A stretch of DNA of 63,647 nucleotides, the filler included, from Octopus bimaculoides (Eukaryota): NCBI RefSeq assembly GCF_001194135.2. It is 8 parts of 8 records of this genome, joined end to end, with 100 filler letters (N's around TTAATTAATTAA, not from the genome) between each part and the next. Parts side by side here need not be neighbours in the genome. Positions count along the whole stretch, not along the records: positions 30,448 to 48,962 come from NC_068981.1; positions 49,063 to 56,711 come from NC_069000.1; 6 more parts are not named here. One strand, given 5' to 3'. The position numbers and the translations under genes were made by a program. Positions 40,401-53,529 of this stretch are shown here, piece by piece. The notes below the pieces were generated by a model that was not told the DNA's origin, ran no database searches, and was given only the letters and a program-made list of their open reading frames with translations. Numbering within the stretch: position 1 is the first letter of the stretch; each line of letters opens with the position of its first letter.

Positions 40401-40960
40401 AGCGTGGAAAGATAAATCAACAATCATCAGACATGACTAAATAGAAGTGTATAGAGTGGGCTCTTTGTTATGGAAGGCCTGAAATTACATTTGGTTTATA
40501 GGTCTCAAAGGTGTTAAATAAGTCACATGACATGGGGTGGCTTCAAGTCTCCAGTAATAAAGAGTCCAAGCTATATTCTTCCAAACATTTATGTCCGATG
40601 AATGTTGATTTACCTTTCCACACTTGGAAGATTCTTCAACATGAAACCATTTGGTATTTTTAATTGACTGTTAAGAGGATAAATTTATAATATTGTATAA
40701 CACACACACACATACATAAATACACATGTGCAAACATTCATACCTTCAAAGATACATACATACACATATGATGACAGGTTTTACATTAAATCATAATTTC
40801 CTTTGTTATTTTGTAATTTGTACTTGGGAAAAATAAATTTGAACTGGAAATGTTGCAAAGGGCTAGAAAAAAGAACTCTACACAAATCACTTTTGTTTTC
40901 ACTATAGAGATTTCCTTGGGAAAATGTAAAAAAAAAAAAGAGAGAGAGAGAGAGGGAGAG

Positions 40961-41003
<43 letters not shown>

Positions 41004-41815
41004 NNNNNNNNNNNNNNNNNNNNNNNNNNNNNNNNNNNNNNNNNNNNNNNNNNNNNNNNNNNNNNNNNNNNNNNNNNNNNNNNNNNNNNNNNNNNNNNNN
41101 NNNNNNNNNNNNNNNNNNNNNNNNNNNNNNNNNNNNNNNNNNNNNNNNNNNNNNNNNNNNNNNNNNNNNNNNNNNNNNNNNNNNNNNNNNNNNNNNNNNN
41201 NNNNNNNNNNNNNNNNNNNNNNNNNNNNNNNNNNNNNNNNNNNNNNNNNNNNNNNNNNNNNNNNNNNNNNNNNNNNNNNNNNNNNNNNNNNNNNNNNNNN
41301 NNNNNNNNNNNNNNNNNNNNNNNNNNNNNNNNNNNNNNNNNNNNNNNNNNNNNNNNNNNNNNNNNNNNNNNNNNNNNNNNNNNNNNNNNNNNNNNNNNNN
41401 NNNNNNNNNNNNNNNNNNNNNNNNNNNNNNNNNNNNNNNNNNNNNNNNNNNNNNNNNNNNNNNNNNNNNNNNNNNNNNNNNNNNNNNNNNNNNNNNNNNN
41501 NNNNNNNNNNNNNNNNNNNNNNNNNNNNNNNNNNNNNNNNNNNNNNNNNNNNNNNNNNNNNNNNNNNNNNNNNNNNNNNNNNNNNNNNNNNNNNNNNNNN
41601 NNNNNNNNNNNNNNNNNNNNNNNNNNNNNNNNNNNNNNNNNNNNNNNNNNNNNNNNNNNNNNNNNNNNNNNNNNNNNNNNNNNNNNNNNNNNNNNNNNNN
41701 NNNNNNNNNNNNNNNNNNNNNNNNNNNNNNNNNNNNNNNNNNNNNNNNNNNNNNNNNNNNNNNNNNNNNNNNNNNNNNNNNNNNNNNNNNNNNNNNNNNN
41801 NNNNNNNNNNNNNNT

Positions 41816-42080
41816 CATCATCATCATCGTCGTTTAACATCCGCTTTCCATGCTAGCATGGGTTGGACGATTTGACTGAGGACTGGTGAAACCAGATGGC
41901 TACACCAGGCTCCAATCTGATTTGGCAGAGTTTCTACAGCTGGATGCCCTTCCTAACGCCAACCACTCCGAGAGTATAGTGGGTGCTTTTACGTGCCACC
42001 GGCATGAGGGCCAGTCACACGGTACTGGCAACGGCCACACTGAAAATGGTGTATTTTACGTGTCACCTGCACAGGAGCCA
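41816..42080 (-). mobile_element. SINE family C copy
   Basis: Near-identical to 37195-37415; the ORF track shows the same spurious peptide MKPDGYTRLQSDLAEFLQLDALP at both loci. Confidence 0.8.
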
Positions 42081-42478
42081 GTAAGCAATTCCAGCCTCCA
42101 CTCCTATATGATTCATCTTGCTGACTATCTCACACAATCTCACTCAGTTGATTTTCCACCCTTACTCCCTATATTACTCCTTCCTTTCAATTCCTTCGTC
42201 ATTTACTTACCCTCAACTCAAGAGACAACATCTCTCTCTCTCTCTCACCCTTACTCTCAAACTGATCAGATCCGATCTATTACACCTACCCTATGATTTC
42301 ATACTAAAAGTTAAACAATCACATCATTAAAATCTTGTAGCTTTATGGTAATGTGATCTCAAACCATTTCTGTGTAAATGCAACTGTAAATACTGTGAGA
42401 TCTTCAACAATATCTAGTTTTTAGTTTGTTTTTTTTTTGATATTTGAAATAGAAATTAATTATTTCGTAATTAGCAAC

Positions 42479-42745
42479 ATGGCTTCAGCAAGTAGTGGTT
42501 CTGCTTGGGAAGGATTTACACTTGAGGACTTGCAAAATGGAGAAGAAATAAAAGGAAAATAACAGTGACTTGTCTTTAGATGGACCAGATATAGATATTT
42601 CTGAATTTTTCATTCGATGAGGGAAGAGTATTTTGATAGCAAAAGTGATGAAGATTTTTGGGTTGCCATTCAAACTATTTACATTGACATGATCAAACAA
42701 TACAACACCAATACATGTTTGTGGCTGTATTGAAAACACATAAAT
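42479..42745 (+). mobile_element. Possible piggyBac-like transposase N-terminal remnant
   Basis: atggcttcagcaagtagt.. reads MASASSGSAWEGFTLEDL, followed by a broken acidic stretch (..EEYFDSKSDEDF), resembling acidic piggyBac N-termini; no TIR or catalytic part seen. Confidence 0.3.
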
Positions 42746-43529
42746 GTAAATCAGTGGCATTTAAACACTGACTGTTAAAATTTCAAGTTGGTATGTAAAA
42801 AATTAACTAAGTTACAAACAAATATTTTTGATATTCCTCATGAGCATGATTAAATCAAAACAATGTGAGTAAACAAGCATTTCATTTCACAGAGCAGTCT
42901 AAATGCTAAATGGTTAAATTAATAAAATGGAGTTATCTTAGCTTTCAGGTAATCTGTCTCATGGAGATTGGCAATCAAATGTCTTGAAAGAAAACCCACA
43001 CATCTATCAGTTCTAGGACCATGCAGTTCGTATTTCCGGGTTATAAGGAGATATGCAAACAGCCTGTTACACTTATATACATGCATTTTAATGCAAGGAA
43101 ATTAATTTAGTGTAGCAATGAAGATAATTAGGTTTAAACCCTAAGTTAATGAGAGACACATATGTAGCAACTACACAGTCACAATTTTGATATTCTTTCT
43201 ACTGTCTGGACAAGTCAGGTAACATCTCATTCAGATGTCTTATAAACTTTCTGTTATATAGGTGTGCATGTGGGGGAGGAGGTTAAGGTAAGTGTATCTT
43301 TTTTTATTGTGTGAATAAAACGAGGGGTTGTGTCCATAACTTTTGCAGACCCTCCAAGACTGATAAGATTAATGAAGTAGGTGTTAATTTGGAACATCTC
43401 TAGGTTGCAGTTGTTGTTTAGGCTGAAGTCTACTATCTAGTACACCTATGATCTAGGCTGTGGAGCCTGGTGGTCCACAAAGGTAGTGCGGGGGGAGGGG
43501 GGACCTCTGTGAACAAAATTCAAAATTTC

Positions 43530-43920
43530 ATCATCATCATCATTCAACGTCCGCTTACCATGCTAGCATGGGTTGGACGATTTGACTGGGGACTGGCGAA
43601 CCAGATGGCTACACCAGACTCCAATCTGATCTGGCAGAGTTTCTACAGCTGGATGCCCTTCCTAACGCCAACCACTCCGAGAGTATAGTGGGTACTTTTT
43701 ACGTGCCACTGGCACGAGGGCCAGTCCGGCGGTACTGGCAACGGCTACGCTCAAATGGTGTTTTTTTTTTATGTGCCACCTGCACAGGAGTCAGTCCAAT
43801 GTTTTGTTCACATGCCACCGGCACAAGTGTCAGTAAGGCGAAGCTGGAAACGATCGTGCTCAAATGGTGCTTTTTACGTGCCACCGGCACGGAAGCGAGA
43901 CCACTGCTCTGGCAGTGATC
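43530..43920 (-). mobile_element. SINE family C copy with tandem internal subunits
   Basis: Same terminus as 37195 plus repeated 'tttta(c/t)gtgccacc(g/t)gcac' units. Confidence 0.75.
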
Positions 43921-43921
43921 C

Positions 43922-43964
<43 letters not shown>

Positions 43965-45035
43965 TAAGGCTAAGTATATTAAAAAGGGTTCATTTAAATA
44001 AAAAGGGGCCTTGGTAGTGAAATGGTTGGGAACCACTTAGCTAAGCCTTCCAGCTATGACCATCCCAACTTTTAATGGGATATTTGACTACTATTTTCGC
44101 CAGGTTGAATGAGTGTTGAAAGGCTTTCTCATTGGTTGATACACCTATAGGTCAGAACCTTAGGGTAAGATGTAGGGAGGGAGAACCCAGAGAGTAACAA
44201 TTTGGGGAAGAAAGAATTTAGAAGTGCTTAATGCAGGGCCTAAGAAGTGATGCACAACAGGAGTGACGAAAGAAGAGACAGGTGGAAGAGGAAGATATGC
44301 AACTAACTAGTTCAGAGGACCAGTGCCTGTTGTAACAAATATACAGGAATCAGAGAAAGGAAGATATGTATCTCTGAACTAGAGGCACATTGATGAGTTA
44401 TACATCTTTTAGCATAACTTTAGTGAAAAAGACAACCGAGCTTAATACACACACACACTACCCAAGTGAATGTGTTTCTTTATGTCTGTCTATATGCGTT
44501 TTATAAATTGCTTCCACTTAACATTACAGTAACAATATTCTGATTTCCAAACATACATCATAATATATTAAGAAATTCCATCATCCTCCCTCGTGCTTCA
44601 TCTTGCTAACCCTCTCACACTATCCCTTTCTGTTGACCTTGCACCCTCACTCTCTACATCATTCCTTCACTTTGCTTCCTTTATCATTTCCTTACCATAT
44701 TTGATGGCATAAAAGGCACACACCAATTTCAACAGCACACATTCAGGAAGAAAAGATTTTTAGTGTTTTAAAGCAAGTAATATGCCATAAAAAACAGTAA
44801 CTTCAACCCAAAAGGTAACATCATTCTCGTTCTTTTACTCTCAGATATATTCTTCACTGCTCCCACTAATTAGACTTACCAAAACTCTTATGAACTAATG
44901 ATACCAGTATAAACCATCACCAGTGCCATAGAATTATAGACCTTGCCAAACACACATCAAGCTAAGTGGAAAGAATTATAATAGAATGAATGTAATATAC
45001 AACTGACTTTTTAAAGTGACTGAAAAGACACTTAC

Positions 45036-45197
45036 CTGTCCAATAAAAACTAAATACCCTGTTACATGTGAAGAACTGTTATTCCAAACTTCCTCCATAG
45101 ATCGGAATGTTGACCCAACATAGCAGTTCACAAGTGCTAAAGGCATCATTCCTATTACAGAAGCGATAGAGTAGACTGGCATTGAAACATGTGTAAG
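45036..45197 (-). CDS. TMEM64: Internal exon of a TMEM64/TVP38 (SNARE-associated Golgi protein family) gene
   Basis: 162 nt, phase 0/0, polypyrimidine acceptor ..tctcttcaacag| and donor cag|gtaagt. Peptide LTHVSMPVYSIASVIGMMPLALVNCYVGSTFRSMEEVWNNSSSHVTGYLVFIGQ matches the TMEM64 'Y..AS..G..P...N.Y.G.T.R.ME.V....GY.VF..Q' segment as recalled. Other exons not located. Confidence 0.8.
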
Positions 45198-45236
45198 CTG
45201 TTGAAGAGAAAGAAAGAGAGAAATAAAGAAATGCTT

Positions 45237-45467
45237 ATCATCATCATCATCATCGTTTAACGTCCGCTTTCCATGCTAGCATGGGTTGGACGATTTGACT
45301 GAGGACTGGTGAAACGGATGGCAACACCAGGCTCCAATCTAATTTGGCAGAGCTTCTACAGCTGGATGCCCTTCCTAACGCCAACCACTCAGAGACTGTA
45401 GTGGGTGCTTTTACGTGTCACCCGCACGAAAACGGCCACGCTCGAAATGGTGTCTTTTATGTGCCAC
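45237..45467 (-). mobile_element. SINE family C copy in the intron next to the TMEM64 exon acceptor
   Basis: Same sequence as 37195 and 41816; truncated by a gap. Confidence 0.8.
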
Positions 45468-46332
45468 NNNNNNNNNNNNNNNNNNNNNNNNNNNNNNNNN
45501 NNNNNNNNNNNNNNNNNNNNNNNNNNNNNNNNNNNNNNNNNNNNNNNNNNNNNNNNNNNNNNNNNNNNNNNNNNNNNNNNNNNNNNNNNNNNNNNNNNNN
45601 NNNNNNNNNNNNNNNNNNNNNNNNNNNNNNNNNNNNNNNNNNNNNNNNNNNNNNNNNNNNNNNNNNNNNNNNNNNNNNNNNNNNNNNNNNNNNNNNNNNN
45701 NNNNNNNNNNNNNNNNNNNNNNNNNNNNNNNNNNNNNNNNNNNNNNNNNNNNNNNNNNNNNNNNNNNNNNNNNNNNNNNNNNNNNNNNNNNNNNNNNNNN
45801 NNNNNNNNNNNNNNNNNNNNNNNNNNNNNNNNNNNNNNNNNNNNNNNNNNNNNNNNNNNNNNNNNNNNNNNNNNNNNNNNNNNNNNNNNNNNNNNNNNNN
45901 NNNNNNNNNNNNNNNNNNNNNNNNNNNNNNNNNNNNNNNNNNNNNNNNNNNNNNNNNNNNNNNNNNNNNNNNNNNNNNNNNNNNNNNNNNNNNNNNNNNN
46001 NNNNNNNNNNNNNNNNNNNNNNNNNNNNNNNNNNNNNNNNNNNNNNNNNNNNNNNNNNNNNNNNNNNNNNNNNNNNNNNNNNNNNNNNNNNNNNNNNNNN
46101 NNNNNNNNNNNNNNNNNNNNNNNNNNNNNNNNNNNNNNNNNNNNNNNNNNNNNNNNNNNNNNNNNNNNNNNNNNNNNNNNNNNNNNNNNNNNNNNNNNNN
46201 NNNNNNNNNNNNNNNNNNNNNNNNNNNNNNNNNNNNNNNNNNNNNNNNNNNNNNNNNNNNNNNNNNNNNNNNNNNNNNNNNNNNNNNNNNNNNNNNNNNN
46301 NNNNNNNNNNNNNNNNNNNNNNNNNNNNNNNN

Positions 46333-46391
<59 letters not shown>

Positions 46392-47899
46392 CTATGAAGA
46401 ATGAAGCCATTAGCTGGGAGTTTTACTATGGTAGTTTTTTTGAGGAATGAATAAAGAATAGAAATGACAGAAGAGAGAAAATAACAACAATAAGGACATG
46501 TTTAACATATGTCAAGCATTGAAAGAATTATGTTGGTATGTTATAGGCACAGACATGGCTTAGTGGTTAAGAAGCTTGATTCCCAACCATATGGTCTCGG
46601 ATTCAGTCACAGTGTGTGGCACCCTGGGTGAGTGTCTGCTACCATATCCTGAAAGAAACCTGTTGTATATGTATGCATATGTGTGTGTTTCTGTATAACC
46701 TTGTCAAGACATCATGTGATGGATGTAGATGAGCATCACTGTCATACAAGTAAGGCTGTTCATTACCAGACTTCCATAAAAACACATCTGACTATGAGAA
46801 AATATTACCCTGCTGGAAAACAGGTGAGGGTTGGCAACAGGGAAGGTGTCCAGCCATAGAAAATCTGCTTCAACAAATTCTGTCTGACCCATGCAAGCAT
46901 GGAAAAGTGGACATTAAATGATGATGATGATGACGACTGATGTATAAAAGAAAAATGCAGCAGTTGTTATTAAGTGGCGGTAGTGGTGGTAGTAATGATG
47001 ACAACAATGGTGGTTGTGGTGATGATAGTATTGGCAAGCTATGGCAGGAATTTTAACTGACAAATTAATTCAGATCTGCTGCTATAAAGACTCTTGATGA
47101 CATTTGACATTTCTTTTTAGGAATAGCTCTCCTATGACCTAACACGAGTTTAGCTCAATACAAAGACTAGAGAAGAACTACAACTTTATAAATGACAAAT
47201 AAGTGCTGAACTATGACAAATTTCTTACAGTACAAACTGTAAACTTTAACAATTATAACATTGAGCAAATTAAATTATTTCATCATCATTTTTACATCCA
47301 CTTTTCTATGCTGGCATGGGTTGGACATCTCCATTTCACTTGTTTTACTTCTCCACTTATTGTGGTCCTTCAATATCTCTTTTGTGAGGTCCAGTATTCT
47401 CGATCCTGGTTTCAGATCTCACTCATTCCCCCCATACACTCTCATAACCTCCATCTCCTAACACTCCAGGTCCCGCTGTCCCCCTTTCACTTCTCCTCAC
47501 CTCAAATCTTGAGGGTGTATCCAAATACCTCATCACCACTATTTCTATATCCTTCCACCACCACCTGATCACTCTAATCCTCTCTTCTAAAATGTGAGTC
47601 ATCATGTAGCTTCTCTACAGTAAAAAAAAACCTGTTCTGCTCTGGCCCCTTCTCACATATTTTAACACCTAATCTCCAAGCATAAAGCTGCCCCACCAGG
47701 GTTTGTAGTCTTACAGACTGTATGGTGACTAGCACTTTTGCAGGTACACACCAAAAAAAGCACCCAGTACACTCTGTAAAGTGGTTGGCATTAAAAGTGG
47801 CATCCAGTTGTAGAAACTACACCAAAGCATATACTAGAGCATGATGCAGTTTTTGAACCCAGTGAATCCTCTCAAACCATCCAACCTATATCAGTAAGA

Positions 47900-48287
47900 G
47901 TGGAGGCGCAATGGCCCAGTGGTTAGGGCAGCGGACTCGCGGTCATAGGATCGCAGTTTCGATTCCCAGAACGGGCGTTGTGAGCGTTTATTGAGCGAAA
48001 ACACCTAAAAGCTCCACGAGGCTCTGGCAGGGGATGGTGGTGAACCCTGCTGTACTCTTTCACCACAACTTTCTCTCACTCTTACTTCCTGTTTCTGTTG
48101 TGCCTGTAATTCAAAGGGTCAGCCTTGTCACACTGTGTCACGCTGAATATCCTCGAGAACTACGTTAAGGGTACACGTGCCTGTGGAGTGCTCAGCCACT
48201 TACACGTTAATTTCACGAGCAGGCTGTTCCGTTGATTGGATCAACTGGAACCCTCGACGTCGTAAGCGATGGAGTGCCAACAATACA
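47900..48287 (+). mobile_element. Complete tRNA-derived SINE with 12-bp target-site duplication
   Basis: A box TGGCCCAGTGG, B box GTTTCGATTCC, short (CAA)-like tail; ATATCAGTAAGA duplicated at 47888-47899 and 48288-48299. Confidence 0.88.
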
Positions 48288-50330
48288 ATATCAGTAAGAA
48301 ACCTGGATGTTAAACGATGAATTTTTTATAAATCTTATTTGCTAATGCAGGCTTCTAAGTTTCTCATGCATTACAGTTTAGTTGGTAGACCACCACTACT
48401 ATTCTATAATCTCAACCAGTTGCAATTCTCTTCTACCATATTGAATTTTATTGTATTCCCATCAGAGAAGTTCCTAGCACATATCTCCCATTTAACATCA
48501 AAACTGTTACAAGTACCGATCTGTTACATGACACAACAACCGACAAGTAAATAACAGGTGTCTTTTCATGATCATTTCTTTTTTACAACTAAGCATTTTA
48601 CATCTGCTATGTTAACAATGTGACATCAACTACCAGACATGGCTAAATTTATTACATCAGTCTAACATTCACTCAAGAAGAGTCACTTCAATATTTTAAT
48701 GACACAAACATGTGTGAATGAAACTACACTATGTCGACTTTTCAAACATTTTAATCTAATGTCAGTGTATCCAGAGTTATATTGAACAAACACACATTTT
48801 TTTATATACCTGGTAGACAGTCGGTTACTCAAAACTTGCTCAACATAAAAAATATCAATCAGCCATGGCCGTATGGTTAAGAAGTTTGCTTCCCAACAGC
48901 AGGGTTTCAAGTTCAATCCCACTGAACTTTTACATATACACATGTGCATATGACCCGTGAATNNNNNNNNNNNNNNNNNNNNNNNNNNNNNNNNNNNNNN
49001 NNNNNNTTAATTAATTAANNNNNNNNNNNNNNNNNNNNNNNNNNNNNNNNNNNNNNNNNNNNAATGAGAAAAACATTAGAGAGTCCTTAAAAAGTCAACT
49101 AAACCAGTGCACCAAAACAGCTGTACCAAAATGTCACTCATACCCTCCTATACTGAGGAATTTAGTTTCATGATCTTGGAGATGAGGTGAAATACAACAA
49201 CTAAATTAAAACAAATAAACATGAGTTAATAAGGGGGACTTTAAGCAGCCACTAGACCTGAGCCAAAAGTAGCAGCCAAAATCTTCCATATAATACAAGT
49301 ATAAAAGTGGCATGCTGGCAGAATTGTTAGCACACCAGGCAAAAAGCTTAGTGGATTTTTGTCTATCTTTACATTCTGAGTTCAAATTCCACCAAGATCA
49401 ACTTTGCCTGTCATTCTTTTGGGGTCAATAAAATAAGTACCAGTTGAGCACTGGGGTTGATGTAATCAACTTTCCCCCCTCCTCCGAAATTGCTGGCTTT
49501 GTGCCAAAATCTGAAACCAGTATAATACGCATATGCTTCCAAAACTATCTTCTCTGCTAAAATAAAGGTTAGCCTTGTGAGTCACTCAACAACCTTATTA
49601 ACATATTCATTGAAGGGTTTCCTGAATGAGTCAGTGTTTTACAGCCAGATACTCTTGCTGTTATTAACCTCTTTTAGTTACCTTCTATGACAAGAAGGGA
49701 TACAGTGTACATATTCTAAAACAGGGGTACACAAAGTAAAGTCTTCACTGTGTAATTAAGAAGCTTGCTTTGCAACCACATTGATTTGGGTTCAGTCCCA
49801 CTGTGCAGCACCTTGGAGAATTGTCTTCTATAACTCCAGGCTGACCAATGTCCTGTGAGTGAATATGGCAAATGAAAACTATTTGGAAGTCTATCATCAA
49901 TATGTGTATGTGTGTGTCTGTGTGGGGGGGTTGTTTATGAAACTTAAGCCCTATTGCTTCACAATCGGTGTTGGTTTGTTTACTTCCTCTGAACTTTGTA
50001 GTTCATCAAAGCAGACCAATAGAATACACGTCAGGTTTTAAATAAACATAAATACTGGGGCAATTTGTTTACCTAAAACCCTTCAGAGTATTGCTCCAGC
50101 ATGGCTGCAGTCCAATGACTGAGACAAGTAAAGGACAAAACATAAAAGACACTGTCTCTCAAAAATAACATGAGATCACAGCTGGAATTCTTTGACCACA
50201 TGTCTTCTGGATCAGAATTAGCTTGGAGTTTCAAATTTTGGCACAAAACCAATAATTTTCAGGGGAGGGCATAAGTCAGTTACATCGACCCCAGTACTCA
50301 ACTGGTACTTATTTTATCAACCCAGAAAAG

Positions 50331-50565
50331 GTGGTGAGCTGGCAGAAACGTTAGCACGCTGGGCGAGATGTTTAGCGGTATTTCGTCTGCTGTTACGTTC
50401 TGAGTTCAAATTCGCCGAGGTCAACTTTGCCTTTCATCCTTTCGAGGTCGATAAATTAAGTACCAGTTACGTACTGGGGTCAATGTAATCGACTTAATCC
50501 CTTTGTCTGCCCTTGTCTGTCCCCTCTATGTTTAGCCCCTTGTGGGCAATAAAGAAATAAGAAAC
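50331..50565 (+). mobile_element. tRNA-derived SINE (family A)
   Basis: ggtgagctggcagaaacgttagc..gttctgagttcaaatt..aagtaccagttacgtactggggtc..tttagccccttgtgggcaataaag. Confidence 0.85.
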
Positions 50566-51540
50566 AATGAAAGGCAAAGTTGATTTCAGTGGAATTTGAA
50601 CTCAGAATGTAAAAACGGACGAAATGTCACTAANNNNNNNNNNNNNNNNNNNNNNNNNNNNNNNNNNNNNNNNNNNNNNNNNNNNNNNNNNNNNNNNNNN
50701 NNNNNNNNNNNNNNNNNNNNNNNNNNNNNNNNNNNNNNNNNNNNNNNNNNNNNNNNNNNNNNNNNNNNNNNNNNNNNNNNNNNNNNNNNNNNNNNNNNNN
50801 NNNNNNNNNNNNNNNNNNNNNNNNNNNNNNNNNNNNNNNNNNNNNNNNNNNNNNNNNNNNNNNNNNNNNNNNNNNNNNNNNNNNNNNNNNNNNNNNNNNN
50901 NNNNNNNNNNNNNNNNNNNNNNNNNNNNNNNNNNNNNNNNNNNNNNNNNNNNNNNNNNNNNNNNNNNNNNNNNNNNNNNNNNNNNNNNNNNNNNNNNNNN
51001 NNNNNNNNNNNNNNNNNNNNNNNNNNNNNNNNNNNNNNNNNNNNNNNNNNNNNNNNNNNNNNNNNNNNNNNNNNNNNNNNNNNNNNNNNNNNNNNNNNNN
51101 NNNNNNNNNNNNNNNNNNNNNNNNNNNNNNNNNNNNNNNNNNNNNNNNNNNNNNNNNNNNNNNNNNNNNNNNNNNNNNNNNNNNNNNNNNNNNNNNNNNN
51201 NNNNNNNNNNNNNNNNNNNNNNNNNNNNNNNNNNNNNNNNNNNNNNNNNNNNNNNNNNNNNNNNNNNNNNNNNNNNNNNNNNNNNNNNNNNNNNNNNNNN
51301 NNNNNNNNNNNNNNNNNNNNNNNNNNNNNNNNNNNNNNNNNNNNNNNNNNNNNNNNNNNNNNNNNNNNNNNNNNNNNNNNNNNNNNNNNNNNNNNNNNNN
51401 NNNNNNNNNNNNNNNNNNNNNNTACAGACAAAGAGAGACAGAGGTGGGTGGGGGCTGGTAGCTATTATAGACCAGTTGCTATTGTAATCTGCTGCAGCTC
51501 AAATAGATGAACAGACATGTGTATACGTATATGTTTATAG

Positions 51541-51574
<34 letters not shown>

Positions 51575-52854
51575 ACGTGTGCTTATGAGCATAAGTACAC
51601 ATGTGTATGCATGTGTTCCTGTTTGCATAGGTACATACTAATGGGAAATACATTGTATTTGTTTTAGTCATTAGACTGTGTCCATGCTGGAGCATTGCCT
51701 CGAAGAAGTATTTTTTTAGTTGAATGAATCAACACGAGTACGTTTTTTTTTTTTAATAAGCTTGGTACTTATTTTACCATTCCCTTTTGCCAAACCACTA
51801 AGTTATGGGAACTTAAACACACCAACGCCAGTTGTCACACACACACACACACACACATACAATGGTCTTCTTTCAGTTTCTTATTTCTTTATTGCCCACA
51901 AGGGGCTAAACATAGAGGGGACAAACAAGGACAGACAAACGGATTAAGTCGATTATATCGACCTCGGTGGAATTTGAACTCAGAACGTAGCGGCAGACGA
52001 AATACCACTAAGCATTTCGCCCGGCGTGCTAACGTTTCTGCCAGCTCACCGCCTTCAATCAGTCTTCTTTCAGTTTCTGTCTACCAAATCCACTCACAAG
52101 GTTTTGGTTGGCTTGAGGCTATAGTAGAAGACATATGCCCAAGAAGCCACACAGTGGGACTGAACCCACAACCATGTGGTTGGGAAGCAAACTTCTCACG
52201 ACACAGCCACGCCTGCACCCACATGCTTGTATAGAATATTTAACAGCATGTATAACATATAGAGGGTGTCCACAAAGTCTGGGTACATGGGGATTAACAC
52301 ATACTTTAAGAAATTATTATTTCTTATATTTAATTGTTTATGTTATGATTTTATTTACTCCATGTACCCAGACCTTGTGGACACCCTGTATATTAGTGTG
52401 TGTGTGTTTGTGTGTCTTTGTCAATGTGTGTGCCACTGTCAGTATGTGTACATGTGTGTGTGTGCACATATGCATGTGTTTGTGTCAGTATGTGTACTTT
52501 GTTACTGATCTGTGTGTATGTATCAATTAGTATGTTTGAGTGAGATAATTCATTTTGGCTGTGTTGGCTTTACCTTGCTGTACCTTTTCCTGTATCAACC
52601 TTTCTCTAGTGACTTACACCTTCCAATCACAATGTGGTTAAGGGTGCATGAAAGGGTCTTCTTCTTTGCCCCATATTAAGTTTATTTGGGGTTGGCAAAA
52701 GGTCACTAATGGAATTAATTACTCGATTATAGAATTAAATATTACCCTCCAGTATTTGACTGCTGCTAAAAATACTGGAACTGATATAATCAACGATACC
52801 CATCTCTCTCACTTGAGGCCTTGGGTTAAATAAGACACCAATAGGCACAGGCAT

Positions 52855-53010
52855 GGCTGTGTGGTAAGAAGCTTGCTTCCCAACCACATGGTTCCAGATT
52901 CAGTCCCACTGTGTGGCACTTTGGGCAAGTATCTTCTACTATAGCCTCAGGCTGACCAAAGCCTTCTGAATGGATTTGGTTGACAGAAACTGAAAGAAGC
53001 CCATTGTAAA
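52855..53010 (+). mobile_element. tRNA-derived SINE (family B)
   Basis: gtggtaagaagcttgcttcccaaccacatggtt..cagtcccactgtgtggcactttgggcaagt..aaactgaaagaagccc; same family as 23010-23145 and 63478-63630. Confidence 0.8.
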
Positions 53011-53021
53011 TATATATATAT

Positions 53022-53060
<39 letters not shown>

Positions 53061-53488
53061 NNNNNNNNNNNNNNNNNNNNNNNNNNNNNNNNNNNNNNNN
53101 NNNNNNNNNNNNNNNNNNNNNNNNNNNNNNNNNNNNNNNNNNNNNNNNNNNNNNNNNNNNNNNNNNNNNNNNNNNNNNNNNNNNNNNNNNNNNNNNNNNN
53201 NNNNNNNNNNNNNNNNNNNNNNNNNNNNNNNNNNNNNNNNNNNNNNNNNNNNNNNNNNNNNNNNNNNNNNNNNNNNNNNNNNNNNNNNNNNNNNNNNNNN
53301 NNNNNNNNNNNNNNNNNNNNNNNNNNNNNNNNNNNNNNNNNNNNNNNNNNNNNNNNNNNNNTTCAGAGTGGTGGTGGTGGTGGTGGTGCTCCAGCATGGC
53401 TGCAGTCTAATGACTGAAACAAGTGAAAGATAGACAAATAATAGAATGAGAGATACATAGAAATTATAGAAGGTAGTAGTGGTGGTGG

Positions 53489-53529
<41 letters not shown>

